Below, piece by piece: positions 10,883 to 21,705 of a DNA stretch of 64,000 nucleotides (position 1 is the stretch's first letter; each line of letters begins with the position of its first letter). Origin of the DNA: a bacterium. Lineage in GTDB: Bacteria > Patescibacteriota > Patescibacteriia > JACQRZ01. The translations under genes were made by a program, and so were the position numbers. The notes beneath the pieces are model-generated. The model was not told the origin of the DNA. It did not search any database and saw only the letters and a program-made list of their open reading frames with translations. The stretch spans positions 5,931 to 69,930 of the forward strand of contig JAUYIE010000004.1 in the NCBI GenBank assembly GCA_030688365.1, read 5' to 3'.

Positions 10883-12772
10883 TTATGGTTGTACTAATCC
10901 TTTTCCATTACCTACTGGATCAAAATCTAGGTTTGTTGTCAAGGGTGGACGCTTGAGTGATACCTTACTTTGATTCACGCTGTCCTGTGCAGATATGCCG
11001 GTATCACTAGTCAATGTCATTAATTTTTGGGCATAAAACGCTGTCGGTGTAATTGACAATGAAAATTGAGCATCCAACACAGGAGTGTTTGATGACACGT
11101 GATCAATGGTCCATGAGACGGTTCGTGTAGCAGTATCGTACGCTATCGTACCCATATCCATACGCTCTTGCCCCACCCATTCAACGTCCGATGGTAACAC
11201 GGTAGTAATACGAACTTGATCGAGATCATGAAATGAATTGGTTATTTCCCAAATCAACACATAGGTTGTCATTTGTCCGATGATCGGAGGGAGTGGACCT
11301 GAACCAATCGGGCTTTGAGAATCACTGAAATATCTCGCCTCAACTTTGATTGCCAGATCGGAATTCACTAATACCTTTACCTTACCTGTCTTAATTTCTA
11401 ATGTTTCACCGGTACTTCCAGCCCCTACATAAGGGGTAACGTGGTATGTGGCATGTGCAAAACCGGTAAATGAAAATTCTGCCGTTGAATCAAGCAAACC
11501 ACTTTTTATCAAATTTTGTATTGCATCACGACTATGCACTGGTACTCTAAATGACAACTGTCCCGTATCACCTGGTTTGATTTGTTTAAGGGCGGATGTT
11601 CGATTACTTGACCACTCCAAAGTTTCATGACTAAAAGTCCCGGTGCCAATATTTTGGATTGCAGACCAATTGATAAATAATCCATCCAACATGGCATCAA
11701 CAGAGACGTCAGTAAGTGTGTATTTTCCTTGATTTTCATAGTTAATCAAGACATTTAACATATCTCCTTGATTGACTGTTGTCGTTCCTTGCGCTTTGTT
11801 GATGCGAAATTGCATTACCAGATCTCCTTGACTCACCTCGGTGGAGAATCTCTCTTCGTTTTCCATTGTGAAATGTCCATCTTGATTAAATCCCCATCTG
11901 ATCATCAAATCAGTTGTTCCATGTTTACTTTCTGAATCAAATTTTCCGTCAATTTTAAGATGCCCTTGCTTGCTTGTGGAATCAATGTTTCCAAGAAGTG
12001 TTGCCGATGACCAGCTATTATCCTCATCTATCTGCGGTGTTGTTTGATCTATCGTAAATCCCACTGGAAGATCAACGATTAACTGTACCGTATCTTTTTT
12101 GTATATATCAGAAAAATCATAGTATGTAATCTCATAGTGAGCATCATCACCGGGGTTTATTTCTGTAGGTCCTTCAATTGACGAATGTAGTAGTGATTTC
12201 TCTATCGTTACTGACATAACATCCTCCTGGATAAATGGCGAATTGAAGTTTGCCGGAGTATAATTGATACTTGCTTTCAGTTCTCGTTGATCTCCTTGAT
12301 TACCTCGCCATTGTCCTTTGATCTGAATGATGCCGCTTTCTCCTGACTTCAAAAGACCTAATTGCCAGCGGTTATCATGCTCTGTATCTGTTGCGGGATC
12401 AGCAGAAATGATTGTAAATTCTTGCGGATATTCGGTGGTAATCATTACATTTGTCATTGGGTTTGCGTCTGTATTTTTGTAAGTAAGCAGATATGTGACC
12501 TCCTCACTAGACGATACAATACGAGGTCCATCTATCTTTATTGTTACCTTTTCCGGTTGAAATGCTTTTGTAGGACTAAATATACTATATCCTGACCATG
12601 CGGCACCCATTAACATAACAAAAAAAAGTATAACACCCACCGTCCACCACCCGCGTTTAGATGACGGTCGACTAATGGTGTTCATATCATCATTTTCCTC
12701 ACCCAACCCCTCATAAATAGATTGAATACCACGAGATTGTTGTACGGCTGTAAATTTTTTTAATTTTGACAT
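10883..12772 (-). CDS. Large secreted or membrane-anchored protein of unknown function (repeated beta-rich domains)
   Basis: 629 aa. N-terminal TM anchor. No recognisable catalytic motif. Confidence 0.55.
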   Translation of the reverse strand: MSKLKKFTAVQQSRGIQSIYEGLGEENDDMNTISRPSSKRGWWTVGVILFFVMLMGAAWSGYSIFSPTKAFQPEKVTIKIDGPRIVSSSEEVTYLLTYKNTDANPMTNVMITTEYPQEFTIISADPATDTEHDNRWQLGLLKSGESGIIQIKGQWRGNQGDQRELKASINYTPANFNSPFIQEDVMSVTIEKSLLHSSIEGPTEINPGDDAHYEITYYDFSDIYKKDTVQLIVDLPVGFTIDQTTPQIDEDNSWSSATLLGNIDSTSKQGHLKIDGKFDSESKHGTTDLMIRWGFNQDGHFTMENEERFSTEVSQGDLVMQFRINKAQGTTTVNQGDMLNVLINYENQGKYTLTDVSVDAMLDGLFINWSAIQNIGTGTFSHETLEWSSNRTSALKQIKPGDTGQLSFRVPVHSRDAIQNLIKSGLLDSTAEFSFTGFAHATYHVTPYVGAGSTGETLEIKTGKVKVLVNSDLAIKVEARYFSDSQSPIGSGPLPPIIGQMTTYVLIWEITNSFHDLDQVRITTVLPSDVEWVGQERMDMGTIAYDTATRTVSWTIDHVSSNTPVLDAQFSLSITPTAFYAQKLMTLTSDTGISAQDSVNQSKVSLKRPPLTTNLDFDPVGNGKGLVQP

Positions 12773-12781
12773 AGGTGTTAT

Positions 12782-15169
12782 CTAGGGTTTAACAAAAGTA
12801 AAAGCAAAAAAGGCATCTGAGTCAAATGGTATGCTTTCCCAATGCCACGTACGATCATCGCTTTGTATAAGTCCATCATTGGGTTGTACCCAAGCCATAC
12901 GGTATTGCAATGGAAGCACAATGTCTACCGAGAAATCCTGCACGACCGAGGCAGATTGACGCTGTAAAAGATGCACATATCCATATGATCCGGATGACAT
13001 GCGCAGGTCATCGACAGTAAATGGCAATCTATAACGAATCTCCACTAACGAAGTCGTACCCGGCTTCGTCTGAATCCAATTACCAAAGACAGTCTTTCCG
13101 AATTCATCATTGGTATACATTCCTGCTATATCGAAGATAACATCACCTTCTATTTTTCTTAAATCGAAATCCTCATGAGATGTAGTCGGCGGGTTTTTAA
13201 ATAAAGTAGGATCAGGTGCTTGGAATCCATCAGCGGACAACAGTCGTGAACCCTGTGGTGTATACAATCGCATGTAATCAACGTTGTTAACCCCGGTAAA
13301 CAAATCTCCCTTTGCACCTGTATGTTGTCGCCAGATACGCATATTGACGTCTATCGTACCGTTTTCATTGAATATAATCAGCTCATTTATTTTTGAATGG
13401 ATAACCGAGTCAGTCTTTCCACCCGCAATATTGGTATCTATGATCATTGCATAATCGCGCGGAGAATTTTTTACATATCCGCCAAATCCCAAATGTTGTA
13501 ATAATGCCTGATCAATTTCATTTGATAGATACACCTGAATGTCGTTGTGTGACAACGCTGATAATAATGTTTGTATCAACGAAGCATACTCGTTTTCCGA
13601 GGATTGTATCAATCGCTCCATCACGATTGGTATCAAATCTGATAACAGTTTTTTTGGCTTATTTTCCGACCTGTCATAATCCAACTCAACCGATTTTTGA
13701 ATCTCAAGTAAAAAGTTATCTTGATTTATTGTTTTTTCATACACGGGCATATCAATGGGTCCCGTGAGCTTCAATATCTCCTTACCCAGATTCGCATTGA
13801 TGGCAATCACGCCATCAACAGTAGACCCACCAGAATGTTCATAAAACCATTCAAGTTTTTTTGCTGAAGTTGGAAAGTCAGGAAACCAGTTGGCATCTTG
13901 AAACTGCCATTGCGGATTGATAAGATGTAATGGATCAGGTGAAATAACATGTTCGGTCAATGAACCCTGCAAGTCATAGGAACCCCCTGGTGGTATCTCT
14001 ATAGAGGTAATATTTCCCCTATCAATATCCACTAAGGCAAAACTGCCAATGAAACCACCTGTTGCACGTATTTCAGTATTATTTTGCAGTACAACAAGGT
14101 ATCGTTTCTTTGTATCAGCACCCAATGCTTTGTGTAGTAATGTCAATGTATCATTCATGTCTCGTGCGGCAGATACCACAGCGGGGAGTTGTTGTTGGGC
14201 CTGTAGCAAAAGGTCGCGCTGATGTGATGACAAAATATCAGCATTGATCCCCGCGATCAACACCGACGCACGTTCAAGGTGTGGTAACGCTACGGTAATT
14301 GATTCATTCACTGTATCACTTAAGGACATCAGTGATCGTGGTGAGAAATCATCCATGTTCAATAACGGATCAAAAGCAGTGGTTAAAAATTGTCCTGATA
14401 AGGATAATTCTTTGCCGGCTTCAAGCAATTTGCGTCCATCTGATGCCTCTTGTCCGATCCCCGGTATATATCCTGCTATATCAAAAATAAATGGAGGTAC
14501 AGAAACAATAGCGTTCTCGGCTTGAATAAACTGCTGGTAACTTTGTGAAAAATATGTGTGAGCGCCTTTTATATCTCTACCAAGTAACGCGTCCTGCGCT
14601 TTGGAAAATGAATCAAGACCACTCATGGCTTGTGACATGCTATCTTGTTTGATTATTTCCATTGCTTGAAGTGTGTGGAGCGCAGGAAATGGAAGAATAA
14701 ATATGATAGCCATGACAGCAAAACCTGCTAAAGTTTTTTTCCAACCATGTGGTGGATGCAAAGGATGAAAGGAAATAAAAAAATACGTAATGATACTTGT
14801 ACATGCTAAAAATGGACGTATAAAAAGAATATGAAAACTAAAAATAATTGCGCGAGCTATAGGTCGAACAGCAAAGGCAATCGTGTGCCAAAAAAATAGA
14901 AGTATACGATACGTCACGCCCGATGCCCACGAGATTGTCAAAACCAAACTTTTTCCCAAAAAAATAAATGCATGATACACACATGTTACCAGCCATGCAC
15001 ACAATAAAACCGCTTCCGCAATAGAAAGCCGACAAAAACGCAACTCATATCTATCCTTAAATCGTTGCCACGACGTTGTTGATGTTTTATGTACTGAAAA
15101 TCCGTGCATATACAAAAATAAGCGGAAAACTCCACTTATTAGAGTAGCATGACGAGAAATATTGAACAA
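12782..15169 (-). CDS. Large membrane protein: N-terminal multi-TM region plus extracytoplasmic domain of unknown function
   Basis: 795 aa. Multiple N-terminal hydrophobic helices followed by a large soluble domain. Confidence 0.55.
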   Translation of the reverse strand: MFNISRHATLISGVFRLFLYMHGFSVHKTSTTSWQRFKDRYELRFCRLSIAEAVLLCAWLVTCVYHAFIFLGKSLVLTISWASGVTYRILLFFWHTIAFAVRPIARAIIFSFHILFIRPFLACTSIITYFFISFHPLHPPHGWKKTLAGFAVMAIIFILPFPALHTLQAMEIIKQDSMSQAMSGLDSFSKAQDALLGRDIKGAHTYFSQSYQQFIQAENAIVSVPPFIFDIAGYIPGIGQEASDGRKLLEAGKELSLSGQFLTTAFDPLLNMDDFSPRSLMSLSDTVNESITVALPHLERASVLIAGINADILSSHQRDLLLQAQQQLPAVVSAARDMNDTLTLLHKALGADTKKRYLVVLQNNTEIRATGGFIGSFALVDIDRGNITSIEIPPGGSYDLQGSLTEHVISPDPLHLINPQWQFQDANWFPDFPTSAKKLEWFYEHSGGSTVDGVIAINANLGKEILKLTGPIDMPVYEKTINQDNFLLEIQKSVELDYDRSENKPKKLLSDLIPIVMERLIQSSENEYASLIQTLLSALSHNDIQVYLSNEIDQALLQHLGFGGYVKNSPRDYAMIIDTNIAGGKTDSVIHSKINELIIFNENGTIDVNMRIWRQHTGAKGDLFTGVNNVDYMRLYTPQGSRLLSADGFQAPDPTLFKNPPTTSHEDFDLRKIEGDVIFDIAGMYTNDEFGKTVFGNWIQTKPGTTSLVEIRYRLPFTVDDLRMSSGSYGYVHLLQRQSASVVQDFSVDIVLPLQYRMAWVQPNDGLIQSDDRTWHWESIPFDSDAFFAFTFVKP

Positions 15170-15186
15170 ATTGCCACCTCTGCACT

Positions 15187-15465
15187 TCAGTACTTCATTT
15201 GCACCACTTTCAGGTGTGAAAACTCACCTTTCACAATATCAATATTTACTTGCGGAACATGAAAAAATTTTCCAAGAAAGCGGATCAATTCTTTATTTGC
15301 CTTGCCTTTATCCGCTGGTTTTGAAATACGAATCTTGAGCGTATTATTTTCTAATACATCATGCAATGCCGTTTCTCTTGCGCCGGGACTGACTGAAATT
15401 GTGCATGTCACTCTTCCTTTTTGGCTCAATTCTGCTTTTAAAAATGTAATGTAGGGATATTCCAT
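15187..15465 (-). CDS. DUF167/YggU family protein
   Basis: 92 aa. ANKELIRFLGK..VNIDIVKGE..K.VV resembles the YggU/UPF0235 C-terminal motif. Confidence 0.65.
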   Translation of the reverse strand: MEYPYITFLKAELSQKGRVTCTISVSPGARETALHDVLENNTLKIRISKPADKGKANKELIRFLGKFFHVPQVNIDIVKGEFSHLKVVQMKY

Positions 15466-15467
15466 GA

Positions 15468-16169
15468 TTATTTTCCAAAACGACGTTGGCGTCGTGAAAA
15501 TTCCACGATCGCTTTATCTAGCTCGTCAGGTGTGAAATCTGGCCAATGCACATCTGCAAAATAAAGCTCACTATATACGTTTTGCCATGTCAAAAAATTT
15601 GATAGACGTTGTTCGCCTGATGTACGAATAATCATGTCAGGATATGGTTGCCCATCTGTGTATAAATAATTTGAAAATTCATCTTCGGTGAGGGTTGTAG
15701 GATCAATCCCTTTTTCGTGAATGGTGCGAATAGCGTTGAGGATTTCCGCCCGCCCGCCATAACTTGCGCAAATATTAAAAGTCAAACCAGTAAAATCTTT
15801 CGTCTGCTCTGTCAAATCCATCATTTGCTTTTGAAGACTTTCTGGAAATGATCCAATTTCACCAATAAAACGTACACGAACGTTTTCAGCAATAAGCTCC
15901 TTTGACTGCTCTGTAATTGATTCTGAAAACAGCCCAATCAAATACGTGACTTCATCCGGTGTTCGTTTCCAATTTTCACTTGAAAAAGCAAAAACTGTCA
16001 GCACTTTGATGCCAATTTTTTGCGCATGCTTCACTATATTTATCAACTGTTGATATCCATGATAGTGCCCTTTAAAACTGGTCAAATCATTTTCTTTCGC
16101 CCAACGACGATTGCCATCCATTATGATTCCTAGATGTTTCACACTATGATCCGGTTCTAATATGTCCAT
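15468..16169 (-). CDS. uppS: Undecaprenyl (isoprenyl) pyrophosphate synthase
   Basis: HLGIIMDGNRRWA cis-prenyltransferase signature. 233 aa. Confidence 0.9.
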   Translation of the reverse strand: MDILEPDHSVKHLGIIMDGNRRWAKENDLTSFKGHYHGYQQLINIVKHAQKIGIKVLTVFAFSSENWKRTPDEVTYLIGLFSESITEQSKELIAENVRVRFIGEIGSFPESLQKQMMDLTEQTKDFTGLTFNICASYGGRAEILNAIRTIHEKGIDPTTLTEDEFSNYLYTDGQPYPDMIIRTSGEQRLSNFLTWQNVYSELYFADVHWPDFTPDELDKAIVEFSRRQRRFGK

Positions 16170-16231
16170 AATAAAAGGAAAAACGATATAAATGGGAGCG
16201 GTAAGGACTAATTATACCTTGTCAGACCGGA

Positions 16232-17308
16232 TTGTCAAAACCAAAAAAATATGAAATAATATGCAAAATCATTACTTTTTTAAATACTGATATGAATATA
16301 AAAGAATTTAGCTCTTTTTTTCATCCGCAATATAAAGAAATATTGGAGCGACACATCAAAGATTGTGCATCACAGACGAATGTTAATGTAATACACGAGA
16401 CTCTTGAGCATACGCAAAAAATCGCCCTGGCAGGCGCAAAGTATATACGGCCGTATCTAGTATATCTAATGTACAACGCCCAAGGAGGATCTGATAAAAA
16501 AGATATTATATCATTTGCAAGTGGAGTGGAGATGTTCCACTTATTCTGTCTTGTACATGATGACATTTTTGATCGCGGACAAATGCGCCGGGGGATTCCA
16601 ACATTGCATACACAATTTGCAGAACCCATAGCCGTACTAATTGGTGACTTACTATTGTCATGGGCACATGACGAATTTTCCAAATATTCCGAAGAGGGAG
16701 TGCTTAACAATATTTTAGCTCAAATGAAAAATGAAGTAGTTATTGGGGAAATAATGGACGTCCTTTTGGCAAAAGCCGATTATGCTACACATGCAGACAT
16801 TATTAAAAAAACAGAACTAAAGACTGCTTATTATACCTTCGTAAGACCAATGCAGGAAGGAGTAGCATTGGCCGGGGGTTCATTTGAAAAATTAAAATGG
16901 TGTGAAGAATTTGGCAATGCTCTTGGTATGGCATTCCAACTTCGCGATGACATGCTTGATGTGGTGGATACCACTGGGTTAAAAAATAAACAAATGGGAG
17001 ACCTACAGGAAGGTCAGCAGACATTGTTTACATATGCAATACAGGAGTTTGGTACTGAAGCACAAAAAATAGAGTTAGCAAAAATGTATGGCACGATACT
17101 TAGTGATGAAGAAATAATTGTGGCGCGACAACTTTTTCGTGATTCAGGTGCAATTGCTTATGTAGCTAAATGCACAAATGAATATTTTGACACCGCGGAA
17201 AAATTATTGGCCGACTGGCCATTTGATATGGAATGGAAAAAATATATAATAGATCTTTTGAGCTCTTTGCGTGAAGGTTTCGACGAAATGTCAGAACCAG
17301 TCACGTAA
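16232..17308 (+). CDS. trans-Polyprenyl diphosphate synthase (GGPP/FPP synthase family)
   Basis: Two DDxxD motifs (LVHDDIFD, FQLRDDMLD). The true start may be the ATG at 16292. Confidence 0.85.
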   Translation: MSKPKKYEIICKIITFLNTDMNIKEFSSFFHPQYKEILERHIKDCASQTNVNVIHETLEHTQKIALAGAKYIRPYLVYLMYNAQGGSDKKDIISFASGVEMFHLFCLVHDDIFDRGQMRRGIPTLHTQFAEPIAVLIGDLLLSWAHDEFSKYSEEGVLNNILAQMKNEVVIGEIMDVLLAKADYATHADIIKKTELKTAYYTFVRPMQEGVALAGGSFEKLKWCEEFGNALGMAFQLRDDMLDVVDTTGLKNKQMGDLQEGQQTLFTYAIQEFGTEAQKIELAKMYGTILSDEEIIVARQLFRDSGAIAYVAKCTNEYFDTAEKLLADWPFDMEWKKYIIDLLSSLREGFDEMSEPVT

Positions 17309-17334
17309 AGTATGTGTTAGCAAGGTTTTATATT

Positions 17335-17718
17335 TTACTCCCCTGCCAGACGTTCATGGATCATTTCTATGATCTCTTCAAGTTTCCAGTCGGATTTTAC
17401 CAAATAGTCAAATGATCCGTTTTCCATCGCTTCTGCTACCTTTTCATTATCGCTTAAGTTGGTCAGTATGATGACGCGAGCATTTTTTCCCCATGCATTT
17501 TCACGGAGTTTTGTGAGCATCGTTATTCCGTCCATTATCGGCATGATGATATCCAGTAAAATCATATCAGGATGTTCAACAAGAGCGGCAGTAAGACCTT
17601 CTTGTCCATTATTTGCTTCCAGGACATTAAAACCTTCTCTCATGAGTCTATCACGAAGCGCGTGGCGCAGTTGTGCTTCGTCCTCCACAATGAGAACTTT
17701 ATGACGTATAGTAGTCAT
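17335..17718 (-). CDS. Single-domain response regulator (CheY-like receiver)
   Basis: KVLIVEDE...DMILLDIIMP.MDG receiver motifs with the phospho-acceptor Asp. 127 aa, no output domain. Confidence 0.85.
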   Translation of the reverse strand: MTTIRHKVLIVEDEAQLRHALRDRLMREGFNVLEANNGQEGLTAALVEHPDMILLDIIMPIMDGITMLTKLRENAWGKNARVIILTNLSDNEKVAEAMENGSFDYLVKSDWKLEEIIEMIHERLAGE

Positions 17719-17808
17719 ATAACGATGATGTTAATACATTATAGGTTATATACTATGGAATATAGATGAGTCCGAATAGTAGTATGGCATAGCTCACGCT
17801 TCTATCTC

Positions 17809-18984
17809 TCATCCCAATCTTTTTGTTCCTTCCTTTTTTTTCATTCCCTTCAAAGGTATGCTGACAAAAAAAGTCGTACCGGGATTTTTATCATCTGGTT
17901 TTCGTCCTTTTACTGGTGATTGAAACCAAATCTTTCCTTTTGATTGCGCGACGATCGCCTTGGCAATATAGAGTCCCAATCCGGTTCCCTCCGCATCCTT
18001 CGCTCGTACGTTGTCGGCACGAAACAGCTTTTCAAATATCCTGTCCTGCTGTTTTTTAGGAATACCGTAGCCAGTGTCCGAGATTGTGAAAAGTATATCC
18101 TTACTTTTTTTATTTGACAACGCCAATGACATACTGACCGTACCCTTTGGGGGTGTATATTTCACGGCGTTTGACAAAAGATTTTGAAATACCATGTGCA
18201 AAAGTTTTGGATCAGTATCCAGTATCGGTAACGTTTTGGAAAATTTCTTTTTTAATACAATCTTTTTTGAAAAAATTTGTACTGCTTGTTCGTCCAGTAC
18301 ATCTTGAATTAATTTAACAAGATTTGTTGGTTGGGGTTCCACCATAAATGAGCCCAATTCCAGTCGAGACACATTGAGCAAAGCGTTGACCAGCGCGACC
18401 ATACGCTGATTGCCGGTATAAATCTCATCCAAGTACTTCTTTTGTTCATTATTTAGTTTGCCTGCATCTCCGGCTAATAACATTTCTGCATACCAGTTGA
18501 TAGTAGAAAGAGGTGTTCTTAGCTGATGAGAGGCCAAGGATACAAACTCTGTCTTTGCTTTATCAATCTCTTTGTCTCTCGTGATATCATGCTCCAAAGC
18601 GACAAAAAACTTGATTTTCTTTTTCTTATCTAATACAGGACTGATACTGATATCAGAAATGTAGATTTTGCCATTTTTCCTCTTATTTTGAATTTCATCT
18701 CTAAAAATCTTTTTTTGACGTTTAATAACATCCCACATGCGATTATAATATGAAGCAGACATCGGAGACTTCCAAAAAGCGCCCGCTTTTTTACCCATAA
18801 TATCTTTGAGTTGATAACCTGTTGTCTTTTCTACTGCCTTATTGCCATATATTACCGTTCCATCGGAATCGGTGATGATTACCAAGTCAGGTGCATTTTC
18901 CATAGCCAAACGAAACACATCCGAACTATAAGAAACATGTTCGGACAAGCGAATCTTCTTGTCACGTTTCAGTGTTTTTTTCAT
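17809..18984 (-). CDS. PAS-domain sensor histidine kinase
   Basis: PAS region. H-box SHQLRTPL. HATPase_c G-boxes (DTGYGIP, GTGLGL). Confidence 0.85.
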   Translation of the reverse strand: MKKTLKRDKKIRLSEHVSYSSDVFRLAMENAPDLVIITDSDGTVIYGNKAVEKTTGYQLKDIMGKKAGAFWKSPMSASYYNRMWDVIKRQKKIFRDEIQNKRKNGKIYISDISISPVLDKKKKIKFFVALEHDITRDKEIDKAKTEFVSLASHQLRTPLSTINWYAEMLLAGDAGKLNNEQKKYLDEIYTGNQRMVALVNALLNVSRLELGSFMVEPQPTNLVKLIQDVLDEQAVQIFSKKIVLKKKFSKTLPILDTDPKLLHMVFQNLLSNAVKYTPPKGTVSMSLALSNKKSKDILFTISDTGYGIPKKQQDRIFEKLFRADNVRAKDAEGTGLGLYIAKAIVAQSKGKIWFQSPVKGRKPDDKNPGTTFFVSIPLKGMKKKEGTKRLG

Positions 18985-18999
18985 CTCTCTGTTGGTAGT

Positions 19000-19446
19000 T
19001 TATCGTGTTACAGTAACAGTCGCGCTTTGCTCAGGAAACTGTGCAACTACGGTAATACGGCCATTAACAGATTTGCTTATTTTATACCCTGCACCGTTTG
19101 CATTGGTTTTTTGTGGTTCTTCCGGCATTGAAGTCAGATATTTTTCATCTGTCGTCAACACACTAAGATCAATTAAACTTGTACACGTACCGCCGGTAGC
19201 ACAGATTTCTGTAGGAGTAGTAGTGATACTTGCCGGTAATGTCCCACTGTTATCAATAGTATACTGGTATACTGCGTTGAGAATAGTATTCACATCCGAT
19301 CTTCGTTGAGCATTGCGCGTGTCACCTAATTGTTTACCGGGGTTGATGGCCAAAATCACGATACCTGCCAAAACAGCGATAGCCGCCACAACAAGCAATA
19401 TTTCTAACAGTGTAAAGCCCTTTTGATTCTTTTTTGGAATAGGCAT
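19000..19446 (-). CDS. Type IV pilin (prepilin with class III signal, G/FTLLE)
   Basis: N-terminal KGFTLLEILLVVAAIAVLAGIVILA prepilin peptidase motif and hydrophobic helix. Confidence 0.8.
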   Translation of the reverse strand: MPIPKKNQKGFTLLEILLVVAAIAVLAGIVILAINPGKQLGDTRNAQRRSDVNTILNAVYQYTIDNSGTLPASITTTPTEICATGGTCTSLIDLSVLTTDEKYLTSMPEEPQKTNANGAGYKISKSVNGRITVVAQFPEQSATVTVTR

Positions 19447-19457
19447 AGAGAAAATAT

Positions 19458-19946
19458 CTATCGAGTTATTTTAATAGTCGCGCCCTGTTCAGCACTAGGG
19501 GCACAAACAGTCACGCGACTGTTGGCAGTCCTCACGATGTAATAACCAGTGCCATCACTTGACGATACACTGGGATCAATCGGCATGCTGGTCAAATATT
19601 TTTCACCGGTCGTCAAAACACTCAAGTCAACTCCGGCAGAGCACGTACCTGTCGCAGTCGCCTTGCAGACTTCATCCTCTGTATCAAGCGCACACGTACT
19701 GATCGGAATAGTGGGTAATGTACCATTATTATCAATACTATATTGATATACGGCATCAAGTATCGTACGAATATCTGATCGGCGCTGTGCATTTCGAGTA
19801 TCTCCAAGCTGTTTGCTAGGGTTTAAAGCTAAAATAACAATGCCTGCCAAGATAGCAATTGCCGCAACCACCAACAAAATTTCCAAAAGTGTAAAGCCTG
19901 CTTCAGTATTTTTTTTTGTTGATTTCTTGTCCAATGGCATCGTCAT
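19458..19946 (-). CDS. Type IV pilin, tandem paralog of the adjacent pilin
   Basis: The N-terminal 60 aa are nearly identical to the 19000-19446 product. The C-terminal half is divergent, including the Cys pair. Confidence 0.8.
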   Translation of the reverse strand: MTMPLDKKSTKKNTEAGFTLLEILLVVAAIAILAGIVILALNPSKQLGDTRNAQRRSDIRTILDAVYQYSIDNNGTLPTIPISTCALDTEDEVCKATATGTCSAGVDLSVLTTGEKYLTSMPIDPSVSSSDGTGYYIVRTANSRVTVCAPSAEQGATIKITR

Positions 19947-20104
19947 ATGCGTGGTAGCGTAATTACCAAATTAAATATCCTGCTACTTCTTTGGGCCAAA
20001 ATAACATAATTAAAAATATAGCAAGCAGGATGCAATCAATAATGAATAGGTATTTTGCGCGTTTTGTTATCAACATATGAGAAAGTATACCATACGTAAA
20101 ATAT

Positions 20105-20518
20105 TCAGGGAACTTCTTGCCATGATGTAATGGTAATTGAAGGATTTACCGCAGTTATAATAATTGTTGATTTACGGACAATCGTACCGACCGTCCCGCT
20201 AGTCGTAACCGTACGATTGCCTCCTCCTTGACTGGTCACGGTATATATGCATGATCCGTGTCCCAGAGCCAGATTACCACTGCCGGTATATGCTGTACTA
20301 TCAGCGATTTGCTGTAGCGCTTCTTCAGCACACGCATTGTTCAGCGCTTTTGCCTGATCTGATTGTTCTAAGGCAAAACTAGTGCGTGATGATCCCAGAC
20401 CAAGCAATAAAAGTGAAACCGCGATTGCCACACCTACGGCACCTACTACTAAAACACTTATCAGAGTGATAAATCCATTTTTGTTATTATACCATGACTG
20501 TGGTGGCCATATAAGCAT
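20105..20518 (-). CDS. Minor pilin / pseudopilin-like protein
   Basis: KNGFITLISVLVVGAVGVAIA prepilin-like N-terminus. Start inferred at the internal Met. Confidence 0.55.
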   Translation of the reverse strand: MLIWPPQSWYNNKNGFITLISVLVVGAVGVAIAVSLLLLGLGSSRTSFALEQSDQAKALNNACAEEALQQIADSTAYTGSGNLALGHGSCIYTVTSQGGGNRTVTTSGTVGTIVRKSTIIITAVNPSITITSWQEVP

Positions 20519-20531
20519 ATCGTGGATAGTA

Positions 20532-21065
20532 TTATGGTTGGCGAAGTGTCGCCGAACCGATAAATATCTTAGAATATGAATATTCATTGCGTCCCTCCGG
20601 ATTGACGTGATCCAACGTAAACTGTATGCGCACTGTTCCGGGTGTACCAGTGTGTGAAAGATTTTGTACAGTAAAATTTGACGCTGTTACGCGTGTATTT
20701 GTAAGCGGTACGAATGCATTCGCGCCTTCCTTGATACGGAGAACACCGCTTGAAAGATCAAGTACTGTCGGATTATTCCCTGCCGTATAGGTATGTACCG
20801 ATAGCGACGATGCGCTCGTACCTATTGTTGGGCTATCAACATCTGATGCATTGTGTAATACTTGTGTGATCTCTTGCATGACAACCACACCTTGTTGCTC
20901 AACGTCGGCTATTGTCTGATTTTTTATGCGTGCATGAAGCAATACCGACAAAAGACCGGAAATTGCCAGCAATATGATTGAAGCGATACTCACATAGAGA
21001 AGCAACTCCACAAGAGTGAAACCGGATTGTGTTTGATTTGTGGCAATACGCCAAATCCTAGGCAT
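20532..21065 (-). CDS. Minor pilin / pseudopilin-like protein
   Basis: QSGFTLVELLLYVSIASIILLAISGL prepilin-like N-terminus. Start inferred at Met47 of the ORF. Confidence 0.55.
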   Translation of the reverse strand: MPRIWRIATNQTQSGFTLVELLLYVSIASIILLAISGLLSVLLHARIKNQTIADVEQQGVVVMQEITQVLHNASDVDSPTIGTSASSLSVHTYTAGNNPTVLDLSSGVLRIKEGANAFVPLTNTRVTASNFTVQNLSHTGTPGTVRIQFTLDHVNPEGRNEYSYSKIFIGSATLRQP

Positions 21066-21069
21066 ACTA

Positions 21070-21705
21070 TTATGGTGTGGCACAACACGTATCCTGGCTG
21101 GAATCACCGGGATGGCTACTTGCGCAGATTGCGTCTCCTCCGGAAAGGTGAATCTCTGAATGATTGGTACATTGTGCTGTATTTTGTCTACATGTCGCAC
21201 CACTGTATCCTTGTCCTAACGCATAATCACTACAGCTCGCAGGAGGAGATCCCCCACCGCTTAGCCAATTGGTGAGACGGGTGGTAAGTACGACACTTCC
21301 GGTGCGTTGATCATTTTGTGGCCAGGTGACCGCACTCACGACTGCTTTTCTGTCTGCATCAACCGTAGAAATCGTGATTTGTCTTGTAAAAATACCAGAA
21401 ACATCTTCTGTACCTGACATAATCCACTGATTACTGGTAACACTCAAACCATAGGTACCATCAGTGAGACTATTAAACGTGGAATCACGAATATTGCGCA
21501 CTGCCTCAAGTCCTTCTTCCGCCAACATCGTAGCTCTCGCTCTACTTCCTGCAAGCGCGGTAGCTTCTTGTCCGTACAGATACGCCCCCACAAGAGCGGT
21601 AACCAGTAATACAAACACAGCACTGGCGAGGATAACTTCCACGAGTGAAAAACCCCTAGTAGTTGACCATCCCTTTTGAATTAATTGTGATTGTTCGTAC
21701 TTCAT
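21070..21705 (-). CDS. Minor pilin / pseudopilin-like protein with Cys-rich C-terminus
   Basis: TRGFSLVEVILASAVFVLL prepilin-like N-terminus. The start is uncertain; the ORF extends to 21933. Confidence 0.5.
   Translation of the reverse strand: MKYEQSQLIQKGWSTTRGFSLVEVILASAVFVLLVTALVGAYLYGQEATALAGSRARATMLAEEGLEAVRNIRDSTFNSLTDGTYGLSVTSNQWIMSGTEDVSGIFTRQITISTVDADRKAVVSAVTWPQNDQRTGSVVLTTRLTNWLSGGGSPPASCSDYALGQGYSGATCRQNTAQCTNHSEIHLSGGDAICASSHPGDSSQDTCCATP

Noticed and set aside
16321-16710. Antisense ORFs inside polyprenyl synthase, HK, PilB and other large genes (for example 16321-16710 -, 23795-24529 +, 31775-32248 +)
   Set aside because: These are embedded in, and antisense to, genes with strong homology signatures. 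They are typical spurious ORFs of a six-frame track.
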